Assembly (NCBI GenBank): GCA_030537595.1
Contig: JAUNVR010000001.1
Location: 13,232 to 77,231, forward strand
Length of the DNA stretch: 64,000 nucleotides
Origin: Eubacteriales bacterium
GTDB lineage: Bacteria; Bacillota; Clostridia; Saccharofermentanales; DTU023
Direction of reading: 5' to 3'
This document shows, piece by piece, positions 18,212 through 27,290 of this stretch. A model generated the notes under the pieces. That model worked only from the letters and a program-made list of their open reading frames with translations. It had not been told where the DNA came from and ran no database searches. Both the position numbers and the translations under genes were made by a program. Positions within the stretch are counted from its first letter, which is position 1. Each line of letters opens with the position of its first letter.

Positions 18212-18241
18212 GATATTCTATAGTTTGGAGAGTTGGAATTA

Positions 18242-18712
18242 ATGGATTTAAAAGATTTATATAAGCAGTTGATTTTAGAAGAGAGCAGAAACCAAAGCCA
18301 TAAGCGTGAGCTGCCTGAGGCGACTCATTCGGGAGCTGGCAATAATCCCTCCTGCGGCGACGAGCTGGAATTGCAATTAAAGCTTAATCCTGAGACCCAG
18401 GTGATTGAGGATTGCGCCTTCCAGGGAGTGGGCTGCGCGATTTCTACCGCCTCGGCCTCAATCATGGCCCAGCTTTTGACTGGGAAAACAGTGGACGAGG
18501 CAAAGGCCCTCCTCCACGACTTTATTGATTTAATCAGAAATGGTGAAGTCGATAGTGAGACCGAGGAGCGCCTAGCTGAGGCCATGGCTTTCGCGGATAT
18601 TTCCCACATGCCAGCTCGGGTTAAATGTGCGGTTTTGGCCTGGCATACGGCCCTCCATCTACTCGGCGAAGAGATCGTCGATGACGCTCTGACTGAGGAA
18701 TTCCTAGATTAA
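18242..18712 (+). CDS. sufU: SufU/IscU-like sulfur acceptor
   Basis: NPSCGDELELQL, GVGCAISTASASIM and HMPARVKCAVLAW motifs of SufU. Confidence 0.9.
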   Translation: MDLKDLYKQLILEESRNQSHKRELPEATHSGAGNNPSCGDELELQLKLNPETQVIEDCAFQGVGCAISTASASIMAQLLTGKTVDEAKALLHDFIDLIRNGEVDSETEERLAEAMAFADISHMPARVKCAVLAWHTALHLLGEEIVDDALTEEFLD

Positions 18713-18802
18713 TTAGCGCATAAGTTACAGTTTCAGATTAGAACTTGATAATTTTAGTCTATCTACTATTATAGAATTAGTCTAAAAGAAAGGAGTTCAG
18801 CG

Positions 18803-19291
18803 ATGAAACCAGAGCAAATAAAAGCCGGTAGCCACGAATGTGCATTGCCGACCTACCAGGAATTGGTAGAGATCTTACGTGAGAACGGACTCAGTATTTC
18901 GCATCAGAGAGTTTCAGTTTTGAATTATCTCTACGCACATCGTGACCATCCTACCGCCGATATGATTTATCGCGGCTTGAAGCAGCAGAACATTCCGACT
19001 CTGTCGCGGGCCACGGTTTACAATAATATTCGAGCTTTTGTCGCAGCGGGTTTAGTCAAAGAACTTCAAGTCGGTGATTATGAACGACGCTACGATATTG
19101 ATGTCGATGAGCATTGTCATTTTTACTGCAGAGAATGTGGACAAATAATTAACCTGAAACTACCTGCAAAGATTGTAGACGCAGTAATTTCAGCGGTGAA
19201 GACTGAGTTCCCCGACAGCCAAGTCGACAATTACTCGGTTAACTTCACAGGAATCTGCAATAAATGTGCAGCCAAAGACAGCCAAGACTAA
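18803..19291 (+). CDS. perR: Fur-family transcriptional regulator, PerR-like
   Basis: HPTADMIY..ATVYNNIRAF..GLVKEL, HCHFYCRECG and a C-terminal CNKC metal site. Close resemblance to B. subtilis PerR. Sits next to a peroxiredoxin gene. Confidence 0.75.
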   Translation: MKPEQIKAGSHECALPTYQELVEILRENGLSISHQRVSVLNYLYAHRDHPTADMIYRGLKQQNIPTLSRATVYNNIRAFVAAGLVKELQVGDYERRYDIDVDEHCHFYCRECGQIINLKLPAKIVDAVISAVKTEFPDSQVDNYSVNFTGICNKCAAKDSQD

Positions 19292-19346
19292 TCGCTTTAG
19301 CCAGGGCCTAGATGCTTAGTAATAGCAAAATAGAGCCTGAGCTGAA

Positions 19347-19360
19347 CTGATTAAAATCAG
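19347..19360. promoter_or_regulatory. 14-bp palindrome CTGATTAAAATCAG upstream of the peroxiredoxin gene (candidate Fur/PerR-type operator)
   Basis: ctgatt and aatcag are perfect inverted repeats with an AA spacer, 50 nt before the prx ATG. The outer TGAT..ATCA resembles Fur-family boxes. Confidence 0.3.
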
Positions 19361-19409
19361 CGTAATAGTTGAACCGAATTAGACCAAAAATTTTTCAAGG
19401 AGAACAATC

Positions 19410-20096
19410 ATGGAAGACAAAAGAACAACTTGTGATAAGCCCAATCTGCCTTTAATCGGCGATAGAGCACCCGAATTTAAAGCCGTAACAACAAACGGTG
19501 TAATCAATTTCCCAGAAGACTACAAAGGTAAGTGGGTAATTTTCTTCTCCCACCCCGCAGACTTTACCCCGGTTTGCTCCACTGAGTTCATGACCTTTGC
19601 CTCAATGGCAGACGAATTCAAAGAGCTGAACACCGAGCTGATCGGCCTTTCAGTCGACTCACTGCACTCCCACATTGCTTGGCTGCGTGACCTCGAGAAG
19701 AAGAGCTGGAACGGCATTGAGAACTTAAATATTAAGTTCCCCCTAATCGCCGACATCAGCACAGAAGTTTCACAAAAGTACGGTATGCTCCATGCCGGTA
19801 GCAAGACCTCCACAGTTCGTGCAGTCTTCGTTATCGACCCTGAGGGTATCGTCCGGACCATCCTCTATTACCCCGCCAGCACTGGCCGTAATATGGACGA
19901 GATTAAGCGTATCGTCGTCGCCCTGCAAAAGGCTGACGAAGAGAGCATCGCTACTCCCGCCAACTGGAAACCGGGCTGTGACGTTATTGTGCCGCCGCCG
20001 GCAACTGCTGAAGAAGCAAAAGATCGCATGAGCTGGGACGACAAAGACATTAACCGCCTCGAGTGGTACCTGACCTTTAAGAAGGACAAGGAATAA
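19410..20096 (+). CDS. peroxiredoxin (Prx6-like AhpC/TSA family)
   Basis: HPADFTPVCSTE peroxidatic Cys motif. 228 aa with a C-terminal Cys (KPGCDV). Confidence 0.9.
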   Translation: MEDKRTTCDKPNLPLIGDRAPEFKAVTTNGVINFPEDYKGKWVIFFSHPADFTPVCSTEFMTFASMADEFKELNTELIGLSVDSLHSHIAWLRDLEKKSWNGIENLNIKFPLIADISTEVSQKYGMLHAGSKTSTVRAVFVIDPEGIVRTILYYPASTGRNMDEIKRIVVALQKADEESIATPANWKPGCDVIVPPPATAEEAKDRMSWDDKDINRLEWYLTFKKDKE

Positions 20097-20130
20097 GTCT
20101 TCCAAGCTTAGATAGATTGAATTAATAAAA

Positions 20131-20164
20131 GCACTGCCTCGAAAATCGAGAGCAGTGCTTTTTT
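20131..20164 (+). terminator. rho-independent terminator after prx
   Basis: gcactgcctcg / cgagagcagtgc stem (11 bp, one bulge), aaaat loop, then T6. Confidence 0.8.
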
Positions 20165-20257
20165 AGCTTGGCTTATAATCTTTAAAAAGTTATTTGGCCG
20201 GCTTCTGTTTAAGCTACTGGGGCTTAGTTCTGCGTAGAGCCTGGGGCTTAGTTTTAA

Positions 20258-22171
20258 TTAGCGGCTGCCGCCACCGACTCCACCGCCGGAGAAGCCACCG
20301 CCACCGCCAAAGGAAATTCCGCCACCGCCCCCACTAAATCTACTCCCGTCAGATCCAGAAGAGGATTTGCTGCTGTTGTAGGCTCGATTGGAAAAGTTAT
20401 TACAGACGATAAAGGGCAGCAGATTGGGATTAGAGCCGCGGTAGTAATTGTGGTTTTCGGCAAAGACGTAGTCGGCGGAAAGCTTTTTAAAGGCAGCCAG
20501 AACCTGCTCGCCCAGACCATAGGCCGTGGCCATAATTAAAATCTTGTCCCAAATTTCAACTTCCATCGGTTCGCGTTCATTGATTAGAGTAAAGTCCTTT
20601 AAGAAGCGTTCAAAGGCGTGAACTTCCTGCAATTTGCGCTGGCCCAGAGGGCTTAAGTAATAAGCTAGGGAGAAGCTTTTCTTTTGGCTATTTAACCAAG
20701 TGCGTGAAAGCGCATAATCTCGACCTTCAATCGGCAATTGCTCGAAGCAGCGACGCACCTGCTGCTGATTTCGCCTGAAATAATTGCTGAGTTCGTTTTC
20801 CTCGAGCAGTTGATTTGAACCGGCTGCAGCCCTGATAAAGCCCCAAAGTTCAGCTTCGAAATTACTCTTGAAATGAGGCTCGCGGCAAATCTTAAAGACC
20901 GGGGTTTCGACCTCTCGCTTGAAGAATAAAAGACCCTGTTCACGATTGAGAATCTGGTACTCTAAGGCGCCCTGCTGCAGACAGCTTAAAAGATAGGCCG
21001 AGATAAAATTTGAGATTTCCGGCCCCTTCCGATGGCGCATATTGAGAAAATAATAGAGTGCAGGTAGATGCCCATCGACCGGGATATCACGGTAGTACTC
21101 AAGCTCTCCAAGATCAACTTCCTTAGCATTTTTAGGTCTATGCTTGCTCTTTTGCTTAACAGCGGTAATACCAAAGATAGACAGGAAGATAAAAAATATG
21201 GGCATGAACTGGGCAAAGAGATTAGTCAGGAAAAAGGGCCCAGAAAAAGCTCTACCACTGTCAGGTAGATAAACTTCACTCTGGTAGTCAGAGTCGTCCT
21301 CTTCGGCGACGGCTGCAGAATTATGGGCGGGGTCATTTGGCCCGCCATCATCAGTATAGTCCGAGCCAATCAGGGCTAAATCACGGAGTTCAGCAAAGCT
21401 GCCCTGGCCCTGGTACTCGGGCTGGATCAGCCCCTTATCGAGGCCAAAGAGAATGGTCAGGTGGTTATCGTAGTTAAAGTCAGGGACAGTTGCTTGCGCG
21501 ATACCATCAGTAAAGACAAAGTCACCGTGACAGCCAAAGGCCCAAATTGCAGCATTTTCAGGGCTGAGTTCGGTGCCGGGCAGAATTATCATGCAGCTCA
21601 GTTTTTCGGGCGCCGGTTCCATATTTAAGTTGACAAGACGCAGATTAAAACCATCGCGGTCAGGGAAGGCCTGGACCGCCTTTGTCAGGCGATAGTTCAG
21701 GGTGTAGATCTTTGGGCCGTATTCAGTCTTACCAAAGCAGAGTTCTAGTCCTTCAGCAGTCCGCAGAATTCCACAGCGCTCAGCCTTTTCAGAAAAACTG
21801 GCATTGAGATCCCAATTAGCTAAAGTCTGATACTTTACCCCGCGCTCGTCGCTGACTGTAAAATCCTCAATCGACATCTGATTAAGATTCGGGAAGGGAA
21901 TGTAAAATTCAGTCCCATCATAGCTATCGGTCTGCCAGAGCTGAGTAATCTCGAGATCGCCATTAGGCAGGATCTCAACTTCAATCTCAATTGAGTCGAT
22001 ACTGTTTGTGGCGAAGACGCTCTGCGGATTAAAAAAGAAAGTCAGGCAGAATATAAGGCAGGCAAAAAGACTAAGTAAAGCACGGCTAAACTGAGCCGAA
22101 GCTTTTACTTTCCGGATTAAAGCTGGTTTAGTTTTAACAGCTAGCTGCGGCCTATTCTGCTGATTCAGCAT
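20258..22171 (-). CDS. DUF2207-family membrane protein with a C-terminal Gly-rich tail
   Basis: 637 aa with an N-terminal TM/signal, a beta-rich ectodomain (IDSIEIEVEILPNGDLEITQLW..), central TM helices and the tail ..SGGGGGISFGGGGGFSGGGVGGGSR. It sits next to lemA, as is usual for this family. Confidence 0.75.
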   Translation of the reverse strand: MLNQQNRPQLAVKTKPALIRKVKASAQFSRALLSLFACLIFCLTFFFNPQSVFATNSIDSIEIEVEILPNGDLEITQLWQTDSYDGTEFYIPFPNLNQMSIEDFTVSDERGVKYQTLANWDLNASFSEKAERCGILRTAEGLELCFGKTEYGPKIYTLNYRLTKAVQAFPDRDGFNLRLVNLNMEPAPEKLSCMIILPGTELSPENAAIWAFGCHGDFVFTDGIAQATVPDFNYDNHLTILFGLDKGLIQPEYQGQGSFAELRDLALIGSDYTDDGGPNDPAHNSAAVAEEDDSDYQSEVYLPDSGRAFSGPFFLTNLFAQFMPIFFIFLSIFGITAVKQKSKHRPKNAKEVDLGELEYYRDIPVDGHLPALYYFLNMRHRKGPEISNFISAYLLSCLQQGALEYQILNREQGLLFFKREVETPVFKICREPHFKSNFEAELWGFIRAAAGSNQLLEENELSNYFRRNQQQVRRCFEQLPIEGRDYALSRTWLNSQKKSFSLAYYLSPLGQRKLQEVHAFERFLKDFTLINEREPMEVEIWDKILIMATAYGLGEQVLAAFKKLSADYVFAENHNYYRGSNPNLLPFIVCNNFSNRAYNSSKSSSGSDGSRFSGGGGGISFGGGGGFSGGGVGGGSR

Positions 22172-22188
22172 GCTCTGCTCCTTCTAAC

Positions 22189-22737
22189 TTAAAAGTCGAG
22201 ATCTGGCATCTCAGTCTTTTGCGGCTCTACTTCGAGGTAGCTCTTTTTCTGGAAGCCGAGCATCGAGGCGATTAGATTAGTCGGGAATTGTTGGACGAGG
22301 CGATTTAACTTGGTCACAGTATCGTTATAAATCATCCGGCTGCTGCGCACCTTATCCTCGTAGGAATTGATTGAGCTCATGGTGTCACGGTAGATGGAGC
22401 TGGCTTTTAAGTCAGGGTAGCTTTCGCTGACGGCAATCAGGCGTGAGAGCACACTGTTAATTGCTGCATCCTGAGCCTGAACTTCCTCGGCGGAGACGGC
22501 AGGGCCGCCCATCCGGCGTTCAGCAATGATTTTTAAGAGACTTTCAGCCTCGTAGCTGGCATAACTTTTACAAGCTTTGGCCAGCTGGGTTAAAGCATCC
22601 CAGCGTGAGGTTTGTTGGACCCCAATCTGAGCCAGGGCATTTTGGCAAAGTTCCTGGATCTTAACTAATTGACGCTGAGTTGAAATAATGTAGAGTCCGA
22701 GCAGGACAATAATGATTAGAATAATTAAAAAAGGCAT
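22189..22737 (-). CDS. lemA: LemA family protein
   Basis: 182 aa with an N-terminal TM helix. C-terminal ..YNDTVTKLNRLVQQFPTNLIASMLGF.. is typical of LemA. Confidence 0.85.
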   Translation of the reverse strand: MPFLIILIIIVLLGLYIISTQRQLVKIQELCQNALAQIGVQQTSRWDALTQLAKACKSYASYEAESLLKIIAERRMGGPAVSAEEVQAQDAAINSVLSRLIAVSESYPDLKASSIYRDTMSSINSYEDKVRSSRMIYNDTVTKLNRLVQQFPTNLIASMLGFQKKSYLEVEPQKTEMPDLDF

Positions 22738-22835
22738 AGTTTCCTCCTAATTAGGGCAAAGATTCTTAACTCACAGTCATCATATTTATTCTCTACGACT
22801 TTTACAAGGGCAAGTTTTTTTAATCTTTTCTTAGC

Positions 22836-22866
22836 TTGAACTTTTTAGCTGAAAAGATGGTATAAT
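22836..22866 (+). promoter_or_regulatory. sigma-A-type promoter (TTGAAC-N19-TGgTATAAT) for the Tyr-rich protein gene
   Basis: TTGAAC at 22836-22841, TG at 22858-22859, TATAAT at 22861-22866. This leaves a leader of about 100 nt before ATG 22974. Confidence 0.45.
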
Positions 22867-22973
22867 TAGGCGAAGTTCAGAGTCTCTAAGCATAAATGCT
22901 TGAGATCCTAGCCCGGCAATAGCTTTAGACCTGCTTTGGCTGGGTATAAATAACAGTTGAGAGAGGAACGAAT

Positions 22974-23558
22974 ATGAAAAAATTTGCCTTAGTTTTAGCT
23001 CTGTTAAGTATTTTTGCTCTGGCCCCCTTGGCTACGGCCAAGGCTGAGGGAATCCCGCCTTGCTGTGAAAGCTATCCGGTAACTTATTATTATGATGATA
23101 ATGTTTATTATCTAAATAATAATGTCTATTATTATCCGGACGATTACGCCTACATTCCCTATCTTGCACAGCCCTATAATACTTACTATTATTACCCCAA
23201 CTACTATGCAGCACCGCTCTATAAAACCGAGTTGAGCTACTATTATCCGGAATTGACAGTGGATGAAAATTGTAACTGGACTGTCGGAAAAAAGCAGGTG
23301 GATGTATCTTTCTACACCGTAGATAACACTCCAATCATCGTTTATAGCAATGAGGATGTGAACCTTGTTAGCTATGACTATGGTCGCAACTACTGGGCCG
23401 GTGATGGCTCCTATTATTACTCTGGCTATCCCTACTATGGTGGCTACTACTACGGGAACCCCTATACAATTTATCCCTACTACTCCTATCCCTACTACAC
23501 TGGCTATATCGGCTACCCGAGAAGCTTCGCTACTGGCTTTACTCCTTGCAGTAAATAG
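22974..23558 (+). CDS. secreted, extremely tyrosine-rich low-complexity protein (unknown function)
   Basis: Signal peptide MKKFALVLALLSIFALAPLATAKA/EG. I count 46 Tyr in 194 residues (YYYY, PYY and GYYYG runs). AGAGAGGAA RBS, with its own promoter and terminator. Confidence 0.6.
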   Translation: MKKFALVLALLSIFALAPLATAKAEGIPPCCESYPVTYYYDDNVYYLNNNVYYYPDDYAYIPYLAQPYNTYYYYPNYYAAPLYKTELSYYYPELTVDENCNWTVGKKQVDVSFYTVDNTPIIVYSNEDVNLVSYDYGRNYWAGDGSYYYSGYPYYGGYYYGNPYTIYPYYSYPYYTGYIGYPRSFATGFTPCSK

Positions 23559-23589
23559 TCTAAGCCTAAATTGAACTTAGCAAAAAATT

Positions 23590-23623
23590 AAAGAGCAGGG
23601 CCTTTGGGCTCTGCTCTTTTAAT
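23590..23623. terminator. bidirectional terminator between the Tyr-rich gene (+) and nanK (-)
   Basis: aaagagcag ... ctgctcttt 9-bp stem flanked by an A-run on the left and a T-run on the right. Confidence 0.7.
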
Positions 23624-23668
23624 TATTAATTATTTTTTTCTGCTACTGTCCTGCTACTTTTAAATTAA

Positions 23669-24655
23669 TTAATTTTCTCGCTCTTTCTGACTATCTAAGA
23701 AGTATTTTAAGGCGCCATAAAGTCCAGCTTGATTGCCTAGGGCGGCAGCTTCGAGGACTAGGCCCTTAGCAAACTCAGGCATGATGAGCTTTTTTAGCTG
23801 CTCGCGTAAGGGCCCGAGTAAACGCTCGCCCTGCTCACTAATTCCACCGCCGATCAGAATGCATTCGGGATTGAAGATGTGGACTAGTCCGGCGAGGCTG
23901 TAGGCGATGTCTAAAATCCAGGCCGCCCAGAGTTCTTCTAATTTGCTGTCAGCTGGGCCGGCAAAGAGGGCGGCGCAGAGTTCTTTTGCATTCTTAAAGT
24001 CGTAGGCTGCCTCCTGGGCTCTTCTGAGCAGTGAGCTCGTAGCGATGTACTGCTCGACACAGCCGTGTAGCGGGCAGCTGCAGTCACGACCGGCAGGGCC
24101 GTAAAGAGGGATATGCCCGAGCTCTCCAGCGAGTCCACGCTGGCCCTCGAGAATTCTCCCGTTGACGATGATGCCACCGCCAACCCCGGTGCCGAGGGTG
24201 ATACCGATAATGTTCTGGTAAGCTCGGCCTCGGCCTTGCCAGGCTTCTCCGAGGACCATGCAATTGGCATCGTTGGCAACTGTACAGGGGCAGTTAAAAT
24301 AACTTTCGAAGAAGTCTTTTAAAGGACTGCCGAGCCAGCCAGGGAAATTACCACAGGTCCCGGCGACGACACCCGCCTTACTATCGATTTGCCCAGTCGC
24401 AGAAATTGCCAGGCCAAAGATTTCCTCCGGCCTTAGGCCAGAGGCCTTGGCATGCTCGAGGTAGGCGGGCAGGTAGTCAGCAATCTGCTGGAGTAGGGGA
24501 TTTTGCTCCCGGTCCCCACTAAATTGCAATTCTGCCTGCCCCCTGAGCTCAGGCTTGGACTCAGACTGGGCAGCTAGCTTGGGCTCTAAGTCGAAATAGC
24601 CGAATTTAGCTGCTGTACCTCCGATGTCGAGGGCAAGAATTTGTGCTGCTTTCAT
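23669..24655 (-). CDS. nanK: ROK-family sugar kinase, N-acetylmannosamine kinase by context
   Basis: LALDIGGTAAK ATP motif and the ROK zinc motif CSCPLHGCVE. Immediately downstream of nanE and nanA. Confidence 0.75.
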   Translation of the reverse strand: MKAAQILALDIGGTAAKFGYFDLEPKLAAQSESKPELRGQAELQFSGDREQNPLLQQIADYLPAYLEHAKASGLRPEEIFGLAISATGQIDSKAGVVAGTCGNFPGWLGSPLKDFFESYFNCPCTVANDANCMVLGEAWQGRGRAYQNIIGITLGTGVGGGIIVNGRILEGQRGLAGELGHIPLYGPAGRDCSCPLHGCVEQYIATSSLLRRAQEAAYDFKNAKELCAALFAGPADSKLEELWAAWILDIAYSLAGLVHIFNPECILIGGGISEQGERLLGPLREQLKKLIMPEFAKGLVLEAAALGNQAGLYGALKYFLDSQKEREN

Positions 24656-24675
24656 CTTTACTGGGCTCCCTTAAG

Positions 24676-25404
24676 CTATTCGAGGGCCCGGACAAAGCGT
24701 TCTACGATACTTAGTGGGCGCGTGATTGCAGAGCCGACAACAGCTGCATGAACACCTAAATCCATGGCCTTTCTCAGCTCCTCAGGAGTCGCGATATGCC
24801 CCTCGGCAATGACTGGGATCTCGAGCTCTTTGACCAAGCGCTCGAGGAGCGCGAAGGGGACACCCATTTGCCCCTCGGTATAGGGCGTGTAGCCGACCAT
24901 GGTGGTGCCGACCAGATTGACCCCATGCTCTGCGCAGATTCGGGCTTCCTCAAAGTTTGAGCAGTCTGCCATAAAGAGCTGCTCGGGATAGCTTTCCCGC
25001 ACAGTCTCGATAAATTCGACCAGGCTCTGCCCACCATGGCGGGGGCGGTCCGTGCCGTCAAAGGCGATGATCTCACAGCCAATTCGAACTAGTTGATCGA
25101 CGTCCGAAAGTTCTGGCGTGATATAGATTTCGCTGTCGTCCAGGTCGCGTTTAATAATCCCGATAACCGGAAGCTTCGTGACCTGCTTGATTTCCTGGAT
25201 ATCTCGGACTGAGTTCGCTCTGATTCCGACTGCTCCGCCGCGCTCTGCGGCCTTGGCAAAGAGGGGCATAATCCCACCTTGGGGACGGTAGAAGATCTCG
25301 TCCTCGAGGGCTTGGCAGGAGACGATGAGTCCGGCTTTGATTTGCTTAAGAATTGCTTGATTGCGCTCGGTCTTGGCGGCTTTTTCTCCACTTAAATTAG
25401 CCAT
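24676..25404 (-). CDS. nanE: N-acetylmannosamine-6-phosphate 2-epimerase
   Basis: GLIVSCQAL, GGAVGIRAN and LPVIGIIKRD motifs of NanE. Confidence 0.9.
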   Translation of the reverse strand: MANLSGEKAAKTERNQAILKQIKAGLIVSCQALEDEIFYRPQGGIMPLFAKAAERGGAVGIRANSVRDIQEIKQVTKLPVIGIIKRDLDDSEIYITPELSDVDQLVRIGCEIIAFDGTDRPRHGGQSLVEFIETVRESYPEQLFMADCSNFEEARICAEHGVNLVGTTMVGYTPYTEGQMGVPFALLERLVKELEIPVIAEGHIATPEELRKAMDLGVHAAVVGSAITRPLSIVERFVRALE

Positions 25405-25414
25405 TTTGTACTCC

Positions 25415-26347
25415 TTAGAGAGAAAATTCAGACTTGATTGCGGCGACCAGCTGATAAAGCTCGGATAGCCGTTCCTGGTCTGCTGTGCTCAGGCCCGGGA
25501 GGGGAGCACGGACGGAGCCCAAATCGATTCCGCACCTGGCCTTAATTAAGGCTTTAGCTACGGCATAGAGATTGCCATCGTAACTGACCAATTGACTGAT
25601 ATATTGGTTGGCAGCAACTTGTAACTTGCCAGCCAGATCGCCTTGGCCCGAGACGGCGGCCTGATAGAGGGCGAGGTAAAGTTCCGGGAAGGCGGCGTAG
25701 GTGCCACCGATACCGCCCGTAGCGCCGGCTACGAGACCGGAGTAGAGTTGCTCGTCCGGCCCGTTAAAGACAGTAAAGTCAGGGCGCTTCGCGCGGCCGA
25801 TTTGCAGGAAATTAGCGATGTCGATGACCGGCATGGAGGAGTTTTTTACTCCACGCAGACGGGGATTCTCGAGCATCAGCTGGAGCAATTCGGGATCGAG
25901 GGCGACGCCAGCCAGCTGGGGGATATTGTAAATAAAGAAGTCGGTCTGACTTGCAGCAGCTGAAATCTCGGACCAATACTTGGCAATTGCCTGGCGGCCG
26001 AGCCGGAAGTAAATCGGTGGGATTGCAGCGATTGCAGCGACGCCCAAACTTTCTGCATGGCGGGCCAGCTCGCAGCTGTCCGCTGTATTATTGCAGGCCA
26101 CGTGGGCGATAATCGTTAAGTCGGAGCCGACGGCTTCAACCACAGCTTCGAGTACGGCCTTGCGTTCCGCAAGGGACTGGTAGATACACTCACCTGAGGA
26201 GCCACCGACATAAAGTCCGTGCACACCCTGCTCTGCTAAGTGCAGGGCGAAGCTTTTGGCCAGCTCGGTCGAGACCTCGCCGCTGGCGGTATAGGGAGCG
26301 TAGAAGGCGGGGAAAATACCCCGATACTTGCAATTTGCGTTAGACAT
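25415..26347 (-). CDS. nanA: N-acetylneuraminate lyase (DapA/NAL family)
   Basis: GLYVGGSSGE and YNIPQLAG motifs of the class I aldolase NAL family. Genomic context with nanE and nanK. Confidence 0.85.
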   Translation of the reverse strand: MSNANCKYRGIFPAFYAPYTASGEVSTELAKSFALHLAEQGVHGLYVGGSSGECIYQSLAERKAVLEAVVEAVGSDLTIIAHVACNNTADSCELARHAESLGVAAIAAIPPIYFRLGRQAIAKYWSEISAAASQTDFFIYNIPQLAGVALDPELLQLMLENPRLRGVKNSSMPVIDIANFLQIGRAKRPDFTVFNGPDEQLYSGLVAGATGGIGGTYAAFPELYLALYQAAVSGQGDLAGKLQVAANQYISQLVSYDGNLYAVAKALIKARCGIDLGSVRAPLPGLSTADQERLSELYQLVAAIKSEFSL

Positions 26348-26443
26348 ATATACCTACTTATTCTGACATAATTACATCACGACATAAATATCTCTCCCTG
26401 CCCGGGGCAGGGGATAATACTTTAGAAGCTTATTATAGGCGTT

Positions 26444-27280
26444 TTATCCTTTTACTGCACCCATTGTAATACCCTGGGTAAAGTACTTCTGGAAGATTAA
26501 GAAAACAGTGATGATGGGGATGGAGGCGAGTGCGGCTCCGGCCATAATCAGGCCAAAGTCTGTCGACATCTCAGCTTGCAGCTTGGCAATACCGAGGGAA
26601 ATGGTCAGCTTTGGCGTGCTGTTAATCATGATCAACTGGAGGAAGTAGTCGTTCCAGGAGGAGATAAAGGTAAAGATTGCGAGTGCGCCGACGCCCGGTT
26701 TAACGATGGGCAAGACGACGGAAGTGAAGGTGCGAAGTTCAGAGGCACCGTCAATTTTGGCCGCTTCCAACATTTCGCCGGGAATGGTTTCGGAGAATTG
26801 CTTCATTAAAAAGACGCCAAAGGGCCAGCCGACAGTCGGCAGAATTACAGCCCAGAGATTGTCATGGAGTTTTAAGAAGGCCATCTCACGCAAAAGTGGA
26901 ATCAAAATGACCTGCTTTGGCAGGGCCATTGCTGAGACCAATAAGCTGAAGAGTACAGCCTGACCAAAGAAGCGCTTCTTTGCTAGAACATAGCCGGAGA
27001 GGGCTGCGGTTAAGCAGGTCAAGGCCATGGCCATGACAGCCATAAAGACTGTGTTGAAGAGCCAGAGCAAGGCTGGTTGCTGGAAGAGACGCTGGTAATT
27101 GTCCAGGGTGAAATTGATCGGAAAGAGGGTCGGTGTGGCGGAGTTAATTTCGATTGCCGGCTTAAATGATCCACTGATTATCCAAAAGAGCGGAAAGAAG
27201 AAAAAGATAGCCAGGGCAAAGAGGATGATTATGGAAATCCCACGATAGATGGGGTTATGTGCTTTAATTTGTGATTTCAT
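26444..27280 (-). CDS. carbohydrate ABC transporter permease
   Basis: 278 aa, six hydrophobic segments, EAA loop EAAKIDGASELRTFTSVVLP. Confidence 0.85.
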   Translation of the reverse strand: MKSQIKAHNPIYRGISIIILFALAIFFFFPLFWIISGSFKPAIEINSATPTLFPINFTLDNYQRLFQQPALLWLFNTVFMAVMAMALTCLTAALSGYVLAKKRFFGQAVLFSLLVSAMALPKQVILIPLLREMAFLKLHDNLWAVILPTVGWPFGVFLMKQFSETIPGEMLEAAKIDGASELRTFTSVVLPIVKPGVGALAIFTFISSWNDYFLQLIMINSTPKLTISLGIAKLQAEMSTDFGLIMAGAALASIPIITVFLIFQKYFTQGITMGAVKG

Positions 27281-27290
27281 CCGAGACCTC

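Noticed and set aside
20217-20253. A 13-bp direct repeat, ctggggcttagtt, present twice (period 24) just beyond the DUF2207 stop codon.
   Set aside because: Only two copies, no associated structure or ORF. Likely a local duplication without evident function.
26396-26412. A GC hairpin, ccctgcc-cgg-ggcaggg, between the second permease gene and nanA.
   Set aside because: A 7-bp stem with no U-run inside an operon. It could be a processing or stability element, but nothing distinguishes it from a chance palindrome.
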